Shown here piece by piece: positions 63,501 through 64,000 of a stretch of DNA of 64,000 nt. Each line of letters begins with the position of its first letter. The first letter of the stretch is position 1. The notes beneath the pieces are model-generated. The model was not told where the DNA came from, ran no database searches, and worked only from the letters and a program-made list of their open reading frames with translations. The stretch is from Vermamoeba vermiformis (Eukaryota), in NCBI GenBank assembly GCA_045837725.1, contig JBEWZL010000124.1, forward strand, positions 124,001-188,000, in the 5' to 3' direction. Made by a program: the position numbers and the translations under genes.

Positions 63501-64000
63501 GGGATGGTACCAATCAAGTTATTGTTGTTCAATATGAGGCTAACGATCGATGGAAGTGATCCAAATGACTCGGGAATGACACCACTGATGCGATTGTGTG
63601 CCACTGCGAAGGTCGTTAAAGATGCCATGCCTCCAATGCTCTGTGGCAACGTGCCAGTGAGATTATTGAACACTATGTTGACGATCTGGAGTTGTTGTAG
63701 GTTTCCTATTGAGTTGGGTATAGGACCTTCCAGTAGGTTGGCGTAAGCGTGGAAAGCTTGAAGTGCGGTGAGCTGTCCAATGCTCTCAGGAATTGTTCCA
63801 GAAAATCTGTTGAAGCTCAATAGCAGTTGTTGAAGTTGCGTTAGCTGGCCTATATCGTTGGGTATCGTTCCAGTGAGCTCGTTATTTTCTACTTGAAGCC
63901 AGAGCAAGTTGCGCAGATTCGTGATCGAGTTCGGAAGTGTTCCGCTAAGTCGGTTCCTGGACGCCAAGAAGTGCGTCAGTCCGACCATATTTCCAATATC
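60516..64000 (-). CDS. LRR receptor-like kinase, copy 2 (tandem paralog, 5' end outside the window)
   Basis: Same exon layout and domains as copy 1; stop codons 4768 bp apart. Confidence 0.92.

Overview
Gene-dense, intron-rich eukaryotic DNA with short GT-AG introns. The gene content (LRR/TKL receptor kinases, THH1/TOM1-like 7TM protein, GPI-type surface proteins) suggests a free-living protist, possibly amoebozoan; this is inference. Housekeeping-type genes: PPEF/rdgC-like phosphatase, Neverland/DAF-36-like Rieske sterol desaturase, WDHD1/CTF4, METTL21-family methyltransferase, TMEM104 (with a U12-type intron), an ACT-DAP decarboxylase (tRNA-Asn in its last intron) and a 5S rRNA copy with an internal deletion. 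Accessory content: (1) a spliced Pol-beta nucleotidyltransferase fused to a T4 Rnl1-type RNA ligase, convergent with a ubiquitin-like + ADP-ribosyltransferase-fold gene, which is the best candidate for an undescribed conflict/RNA-repair module; (2) a near-intronless VWA protein resembling baculovirus p94; (3) an inverted duplicate pair of bacterial-type heparinase II/III or alginate lyase genes with signal peptide and GPI-like tail, one copy frameshifted; (4) a full-length Ty3/Gypsy element with identical 174-bp LTRs inserted in an exon of an NAD-dependent epimerase, itself interrupted by a TIR element; (5) a second TIR element with the same GGGAGG terminus; (6) tandem LRR receptor kinases with near-identical kinase domains and diverged ectodomains. 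All family calls come from motif recognition by eye; no searches were run.
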